A stretch of 64,000 nt of DNA, taken from positions 19,121 to 83,120 of the forward strand of contig CAYQMG010000072.1 of assembly GCA_964418585.1 (NCBI GenBank), in the 5' to 3' direction. This stretch comes from an uncultured Gammaproteobacteria bacterium (GTDB lineage: Bacteria > Myxococcota_A > UBA796 > JAJRTE01). Of this stretch, positions 58,371 to 64,000 are shown piece by piece (within the stretch, counting starts at the first letter, position 1; each line of letters begins with the position of its first letter). The position numbers and the translations under genes were made by a program. The notes beneath the pieces are model-generated. The model worked only from the letters and a program-made list of their open reading frames with translations, ran no database searches and had not been told where the DNA came from.

Positions 58371-59921
58371 TCATCTCGCATATCCAAGCGAACGCAACAT
58401 GGCCTCGTCTTCGGAAGGCACGCGCGGCACAGGTCGCCCCAGGTCGCCCCCGGTGGCTGCGAGCCAGTGGTCCAACGTCGCTTTCATCCGCGCCAACTGC
58501 GCCGGGTCTGATTGCGCCAGATTGTGCTGCTCGAGCGGATCGAGATCCAGTCGGAACAATTCGTGGTAGAAACGCCCTTGCCCGGGATAAGCAATCAGTT
58601 TCCAGGGCCAGACTCGGAGAGCGATCACCAACCCCTCGCGCACCAACGGCGCCTGAATGTGGGACACCCGGTCCGGTTCAGGCCGTGCAAAGCTCACAAT
58701 CTGTCGCCCACTTCCCGGGCGCCCCACCGACACAGCCCTTCCCCGATTCCGACCGGGACAGCGCAGGTCACCTTCCCGGGCGTTCTCGGTGACACGCCGT
58801 TTCTGCCCGGAAACGAAGATGGGTCCCACCCCCGGCAACAAGGATACGCCCTGTACGTCCCCGGGGATGGGGAGCCCCAGGAGATCGAGGAGGGTGGGCA
58901 CCACATCCACATGGTGCGCTTCCCTGGTCATCCGTCGCCCTCCGCACAGGCCTCCGGGCAAGTGAAACAGGAGGGGCACGCGAATCTGCTCCTCGTAGGC
59001 CCTACCCCCATGGTCGAATACGAACGGGCGTTCCACCAGGGTCTCCCCATGGTCGGACAGGAAGATGACGATACTCCTGTCAAGTCGGCCCAGATCCTTC
59101 AAGGTATTGAACAAACGACCGATGGCCTGGTCGGCGAACCGAATCTCGGCGTCGTAACGACGCATATAGACCTCGAGTTCTCCCGGCGCTGCGCCGCCGG
59201 ACCGGAGCCGGGGGAGGTCTGCGTTTTCTGGAAACCGGGCCTCCTCCGCCTCCGTCGACCCCAGCGCGATGGAAAAGGCGACCGGCGCTCGATACGGATA
59301 GTGCGGGTCGAACAGGTGAAAAAAGAGGAACAGGGGCTTTCCAGGATCCAGGTCGCCAAGGACCCGCCGGGCGACCTCCCAGGTTTCATTCGCCTGCCGA
59401 TCGCTCTGTCCCTGCGCCACCTCCTCGTACCGCTCGAAACCTCGGCCCAGCCCGGTGAGCCGATCGCTCAGCATGACACTGCTCGTGACCCCCACGGTCT
59501 GGTATCCTTCCTCGCCCAGGATCTGGGCGAGGGTGACCACCCCGGAGCCCAGATGATACCGGTTGCGCAGGATTCCGTGCTTCGGAGGATAGAGCCCCGT
59601 CAAAATACTGGCATGGGATGGACCCGTATTCGTGTGCGCAGCAAAGGCGTGCTCGAACACCAGAGAACTCGAGGCCAGTTCGGTCAGGTGGGGAGCGGTC
59701 GAACGGCGTGCACCATGAAACGGCAGATGATCTCGACGCAAGGTGTCCATGCTGATCAACACCACGTCCGGGCGCTCCATGCTGTTTCGCGCCCTGGGTC
59801 CCCCCTCATCCCCACATTCCGGCTCCGGCGTACACATCACCATCACCAGGCTTGCGGCCGCAAGCCACCGCACGCGCCGCCCCCTCGATCCAACTCCGGC
59901 CAGGATCACCATGCCCCGCAT
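58371..59921 (-). CDS. Alkaline-phosphatase-superfamily 'sulfatase-fold' enzyme with Thr nucleophile (LtaS/EptA/OpgB-like phosphotransferase type), exported
   Basis: MDTLRRDH metal-binding motif. AAHTNTGPSHASILTG sits where sulfatases have C/S-x-P-x-R, and here the residues are Thr and His. N-terminal signal/anchor. The start is uncertain (ATG about 59921). Confidence 0.6.
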   Translation of the reverse strand: MRGMVILAGVGSRGRRVRWLAAASLVMVMCTPEPECGDEGGPRARNSMERPDVVLISMDTLRRDHLPFHGARRSTAPHLTELASSSLVFEHAFAAHTNTGPSHASILTGLYPPKHGILRNRYHLGSGVVTLAQILGEEGYQTVGVTSSVMLSDRLTGLGRGFERYEEVAQGQSDRQANETWEVARRVLGDLDPGKPLFLFFHLFDPHYPYRAPVAFSIALGSTEAEEARFPENADLPRLRSGGAAPGELEVYMRRYDAEIRFADQAIGRLFNTLKDLGRLDRSIVIFLSDHGETLVERPFVFDHGGRAYEEQIRVPLLFHLPGGLCGGRRMTREAHHVDVVPTLLDLLGLPIPGDVQGVSLLPGVGPIFVSGQKRRVTENAREGDLRCPGRNRGRAVSVGRPGSGRQIVSFARPEPDRVSHIQAPLVREGLVIALRVWPWKLIAYPGQGRFYHELFRLDLDPLEQHNLAQSDPAQLARMKATLDHWLAATGGDLGRPVPRVPSEDEAMLRSLGYAR

Positions 59922-60254
59922 CCCGCTTTCATCCACCAGCAATCTCGATCTCGAAGGCACCTCCACAGGACCACCTTTCCACCCCGCGTTTCGCCGCGCC
60001 CACGAGGTCCGTTCTTGCCCCTCGACAGCTCCCTGAGCACACGATGACACGCCCGGCTCGAGCGTGCAAGCGGGTCGCGCACCGGGCCAGCGTGGACGAG
60101 GTCGCCGGGTCGGGCGTTCCCCCCCGGTTTATCCTGGGTTGGAGGCGGGTGGGCCATTCCAGGCCCGTGGGGCCTCACGGGTGCAAGCAGGTCTGCACTC
60201 TGATACACTGGTTCGACGAGGAGCAGGATCCGGCTGTGGCGTGGAGTGGACAGG

Positions 60255-62462
60255 ATGACGAGCACGGGAGGGCGGGTGCAAGGACGGTCCGGGACGGCCC
60301 ACGTGCGGGGGGAGCGTTCCGGGCATGGCGGACGCACCGGATGGTGGGTGGCCCTGGCCCTCCTTCTGGCGACTCCCACCCTCCTGTATCCGGGAGCGCT
60401 CCCGGGGCCTCGAGTGGTCTCTCTGGACGACCACCTGTCGGTTCACCATGCCTTCCAGGATATTCCTGGGGGCGTTGTGCACAATCCGGTACTTTCGGAC
60501 CCGGCGGTACAACTCAAGGCGATCCGGCGGCGGGTTGTCGAGGCGCTGAGCCGGGGTTACGCGCCCTTGTGGAACCCGGACATTTTCTGCGGAGCGCCAC
60601 TGCTTGCCGACGGCCAGACCATGGTGGGGTCGCCGGTGACCTGGTTCCGGCTGGTCTTCCCGGAAGACACAGCCCAGGACGCGGGGGTGTGGTGGCTGTT
60701 GACCTGGTCGGCGCTGGGCACGTTTTTGCTCCTGAAGCAACTGGGAGCCGTACCGGCTGGAGCCCTGAGCGGGGCACTGGCCACGATGACCGGGCCGTTC
60801 CTCGCCGTGTGGCTCCAGTATCCTCTGGCCGGGTCGTTCGTCTGGATTCCCTGGGTCCTGCTCGCCCTCGAGCACTGGAAACATGGCGGGTCTCCCATCT
60901 GGGTCGCTCTGGCGGTCACAGGGATGCTGGGCGGGGGTCATCCCGATCCAGGATTCTACGGCCTCGCGCTCGCAATCGGTTGGGCTGCGTTCCACCGCCG
61001 GCGTCTCTCGACCGCCCTTGCGCTCGTCATCGGCTGCCTCCTGGCTGCGCCGTTCTGGCTCCCCCTTGCGGACCAGGCTGCCCGCTCGGTGACTCTTGGG
61101 GCTCGAATCGGGTCTCGTCTCCAACCGGCCCAACTTCTGGACCTGCTCTGGCCCGGCTGGTTCGGCCATCCGGCAGGAGGAGGCTATCATGGTCCCGGGG
61201 CCTGGGAAGACGGAGTGATTCACCCGGGGCTGGCCACGTTGATCCTTGCGGGCCTTGCCTGGCGCACGCCAGGGGCGAGACGTTGGACAGGGCTCTGGCT
61301 GCTCACCGTGGCGGGTGCAGTGGTCGGGCTCCCGGGTCCATTTCACCATGCGAGGCTGGCCCAGTATGGTGCCTGGTTCCTCGCGCTGGGCGCCGGCATG
61401 GGGGTGGGACGCCTGCCACGCAAGTTTGTCTGGGTGGCTCCGCTGGTGGTGCTCATCGCCGGGGGATGGCAGCGGCGCCTCGACCGTCATACCCTGCCTC
61501 CGGAGGCCCACGACCCTGCTCCAGCCGCCTGGACCCGGGTATTGAGACAGCGAACCGGAGACGGCCGGGTCGTCGGTCTGGGATGGTTGCTCCAGCCCAA
61601 CACCGGGGCACTGGCAGGTCTCAGGGACGTACGGGGCTACGATTTTCCCGTGTCCAAGGCATGGGAACGATTCGCTCGAGCCATCGATCCAGACACGCAC
61701 CCGTTGTGGTATCCCATCCAAACGCTGACCCGGGAAAACATGCGCCTGTTGCGGTTCGCCGCGGTTCGCCACGTCCTTTCCCTCGACCCGGTGGCCGGAC
61801 TCGATCCTGTGGACATCGGCACCGCCCCCCTCACCGCCCTGGCCCTTGCGCCTGAAGCGCCTCGAGCATGGCTGGCCCCCCGTATCGACCTGGTTCCGGA
61901 CGCCTCGACCGCCTTGCTCAGGCTCGAGTCGGGACTGTCGGATCGAGCCCGACCACCGGTTGAACTTCCCGGGCCGGACGGGCTGCCCGCGGATCGTCCC
62001 GGGCTGTCTCGAATCGCGTCGGCTCTCACCTACTTGAGCGCCCCCGGCCGCGCCGAAACCCACGCGGGTGCTATCATGCCCGTGTTCGTGGAGGAACGTC
62101 GACCGGAAGAGGTCGTTCTGTCCATCGAGCCGGAGCAGGTCTCGCTCCTGGTGGTGGCGGATGCGTGGCACCCTGGCTGGCGCGTGTGGGTGGACGGTCG
62201 GCCCCGGCCATTGTACCGCGTTGGGGGCTACTTCCGAGGAGTGGTGGTGTTTCCCGGGGAGCAGACTGTCCGCATGCGGTACGAACCTCGAGGCTGGGTT
62301 TGGGGGGTACGCCTGTTCCTGGCGGGCGTGGTAATCCTTGCCACCTGGACATCGGCCCGACTGGTTGCGAAAAAGAAATCTCATGGGAAGAAGAGATCAC
62401 GTCGAGCGGCGCCCACCTGCTCTCCTGCGCAGGACGGCTCCGATCGAAGGTCCAATCAGTAG
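60255..62462 (+). CDS. yfhO: YfhO-family polytopic membrane protein (GT-C-like glycosyltransferase family)
   Basis: Many TM helices. Conserved C-terminal YfhO-type domain (...VVADAWHPGWRVWVDGRPRPLYRVGGYFRGVVV...). Lys/Arg-rich tail. The start is ambiguous (GTG 60246 or ATG 60255). Confidence 0.65.
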   Translation: MTSTGGRVQGRSGTAHVRGERSGHGGRTGWWVALALLLATPTLLYPGALPGPRVVSLDDHLSVHHAFQDIPGGVVHNPVLSDPAVQLKAIRRRVVEALSRGYAPLWNPDIFCGAPLLADGQTMVGSPVTWFRLVFPEDTAQDAGVWWLLTWSALGTFLLLKQLGAVPAGALSGALATMTGPFLAVWLQYPLAGSFVWIPWVLLALEHWKHGGSPIWVALAVTGMLGGGHPDPGFYGLALAIGWAAFHRRRLSTALALVIGCLLAAPFWLPLADQAARSVTLGARIGSRLQPAQLLDLLWPGWFGHPAGGGYHGPGAWEDGVIHPGLATLILAGLAWRTPGARRWTGLWLLTVAGAVVGLPGPFHHARLAQYGAWFLALGAGMGVGRLPRKFVWVAPLVVLIAGGWQRRLDRHTLPPEAHDPAPAAWTRVLRQRTGDGRVVGLGWLLQPNTGALAGLRDVRGYDFPVSKAWERFARAIDPDTHPLWYPIQTLTRENMRLLRFAAVRHVLSLDPVAGLDPVDIGTAPLTALALAPEAPRAWLAPRIDLVPDASTALLRLESGLSDRARPPVELPGPDGLPADRPGLSRIASALTYLSAPGRAETHAGAIMPVFVEERRPEEVVLSIEPEQVSLLVVADAWHPGWRVWVDGRPRPLYRVGGYFRGVVVFPGEQTVRMRYEPRGWVWGVRLFLAGVVILATWTSARLVAKKKSHGKKRSRRAAPTCSPAQDGSDRRSNQ

Positions 62463-63994
62463 ACGCCGATGGAGAGATGAGCCGCCCATGGCCGCTCCAG
62501 GCTGCAAAGCCTGGCCAGGGGAAAGCCAATATCGAATCGGATCATGCCGACACCGGTCCGCCAGCGGAGCCCGGTTCCGGTGGAGTATCGCAACCGTTGT
62601 TGCCCGGCTGCGGCGAGGCAAGCCGAAGCTGCGGAGGCCTGGAGTTCCGGGTCGGCCTGATCCTGGGCCAGGGCCTGCTGATAGCGTGTCCATGCTGGTC
62701 CGACCCAGAATACGTTCCCGGCGTCGTGAAACAGGGCCAGTTCCAGATCCTCGAACCAGCTACCAAGGTACTCGAGTTCGAACAGAGCCTCGAGGGTGTA
62801 GGAGGCGGTGAGATTTCCGCCGGTGGGAACCGAAGTCCATCCTGACACGACCTGGGCCGGAAGGCTCTTTTCCCGGAATCGTTGGGGGCCCAACGACCCC
62901 TGGGGGAAACCACGCACGGTGCCGGCGCCACCGAGGTAGAAGCGGCGCTCAACCGGAATCGCCCCTTCCTCACCTCGCAGCGAGGCCAGGTAGCCGAGGG
63001 TAAGTCGCGCCTCGGCGCCGAGCCAGGGCAGGATGGGCAGCAGGAAGGAAGCAGATCCGATCATTCTTGCGAACATCTCTTCGGATTGCCACTGTCCAGG
63101 GTCGCACAACGAGAGTCCCTCCCACGACTCCCCGCACCCATATCCCTGCGTCACCTCACCCTGAAGATTCAGGAGGTAACCAGAGGCTGGCAATCGATCG
63201 CTCGTGCGCCGATCCAGGACCATCACCGCACCTGCTTGCAAGAAAAGCCGCTGCTCCCGGTCCACATCCCACATCTGCACTACTTCCTCGGTTTGCGCCG
63301 CATCCAACCGCCGAATACTGGTTTGGAGCTGTACCGAGACGTTGAGGTGCGGCCGCACGTCCTTTGAGAGACCCCAGCCGAGGATGTTTCGGTGCACGAG
63401 AAACGTGGGGAGGAGTTTCCGCTCGAACAACGTCACCTGCGCAATGGTGTCCATGCGAATGCCGAGCAGATAAGGTGTCTGGTAGGCGAACACCATCCGG
63501 CGGTTCGCCGCTTGCTCCAGGTACGCGGCCAGGTCTTTTCCCAACTCGGCGGCATACTGATACGGGTCCTCTCCTGGAGTCCGTTCCTGGAGCCTGGGAA
63601 GATAGCTGGTGGCCAGATCGAGTCGCCCAGACAACCGATGGCCAAGCCCCCACAGGTTGTAGTGTGTCAGCTCGAGAGACGTATCGAACTGCGCAGACCG
63701 AAAACTGGTATCGTAGCCGCTGAGCAGAAACCCGGCCGAGAGCGCCACCACCCGGGCCTTGCGCTCCTGAACGTCCACCATCAGGTCCCGTACCCGTTCG
63801 CCGGCCACGGGGTAGATGGAGGCTTTCTGAAACAGCCCGGTCTTGCGCAGTCGAGTCCGGCTTTCCTCGATCGCGGAAGGACGATAGATGTCTCCGGAAT
63901 GGACGGTGAGTTCCCGCGCGATGACCTGGGGGCGCGTTCGACGCGCACCGCGCACAATCACCTCCCCGACCCGCACCCGGGCACCCTCGTCCAC
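62456..63994 (-). CDS. Omp85-family outer-membrane beta-barrel protein (BamA/TamA-like), 5'-truncated by the window end
   Basis: POTRA-like segment (VDEGARVRVGEVIVRGARRTRPQVIARELTVHSGDIY) followed by a surface-antigen beta-barrel ending in an aromatic C-terminal residue (...HLSIGVY). The ORF runs off the window. Confidence 0.65.
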   Translation of the reverse strand: MDEGARVRVGEVIVRGARRTRPQVIARELTVHSGDIYRPSAIEESRTRLRKTGLFQKASIYPVAGERVRDLMVDVQERKARVVALSAGFLLSGYDTSFRSAQFDTSLELTHYNLWGLGHRLSGRLDLATSYLPRLQERTPGEDPYQYAAELGKDLAAYLEQAANRRMVFAYQTPYLLGIRMDTIAQVTLFERKLLPTFLVHRNILGWGLSKDVRPHLNVSVQLQTSIRRLDAAQTEEVVQMWDVDREQRLFLQAGAVMVLDRRTSDRLPASGYLLNLQGEVTQGYGCGESWEGLSLCDPGQWQSEEMFARMIGSASFLLPILPWLGAEARLTLGYLASLRGEEGAIPVERRFYLGGAGTVRGFPQGSLGPQRFREKSLPAQVVSGWTSVPTGGNLTASYTLEALFELEYLGSWFEDLELALFHDAGNVFWVGPAWTRYQQALAQDQADPELQASAASACLAAAGQQRLRYSTGTGLRWRTGVGMIRFDIGFPLARLCSLERPWAAHLSIGVY

Positions 63995-64000
63995 GTCGAA

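Overview
GC-rich (roughly two-thirds G+C by eye) chromosomal window from a diderm bacterium, indicated by Tol (tolQRAB) and an Omp85 protein; no organism assignment is possible from sequence alone. Nearly all of it is coding, mostly housekeeping, with no rRNA, tRNA, CRISPR, transposase or integrase seen.

Main content, in order:
- moaC and an AmmeMemoRadiSam-type radical SAM gene.
- A minus-strand operon: family-III CoA-transferase, HMG-CoA-lyase-like protein, isocitrate/isopropylmalate-dehydrogenase-family protein.
- A complete 11-gene complex-I operon, nuoABCD-HIJKLMN, with nuoD overlapping nuoH and no nuoEFG.
- An accessory-looking metabolic island at 16.4-25.8 kb: a DPD-type flavin/Fe-S oxidoreductase (YgfK-like) followed directly by ssnA, then divergent ornithine aminotransferase and ornithine carbamoyltransferase, then a 496-aa TrpB-like fold-type-II PLP enzyme followed by a very close ygeW (knotted carbamoyltransferase) homologue. 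This resembles the E. coli/clostridial ygf/yge anaerobic purine (uric acid) catabolism genes but with non-canonical partners.
- A long minus-strand housekeeping run: recO, mgtE, rodZ, a TPR protein, mtnP, rlmN, recD2, rng, acyP, ligA.
- rho, rpmE, prfA, prmC.
- An orphan flhF-like SRP GTPase.
- selD, which the ORF track truncates because it is a selenoprotein with an in-frame TGA and a SECIS-like hairpin.
- fabZ, alr, tdk.
- Envelope genes: a GT-C-like membrane protein, ecsC, tolQRAB, an LtaS/EptA-type 'sulfatase-fold' enzyme with a Thr nucleophile, yfhO, and a partial Omp85 gene at the window end.

Regulatory signals that stand out:
- Consensus sigma70 promoters for rho and rpmE.
- An intrinsic terminator after rho.
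- A hairpin followed by T8, which is rare in this GC background, in the leader of the PLP-ygeW operon.
- A perfect 20-bp palindrome upstream of the rho promoter.

All small-feature coordinates were read by eye and may be off by 1-2 nt; CDS coordinates follow the supplied ORF frames.
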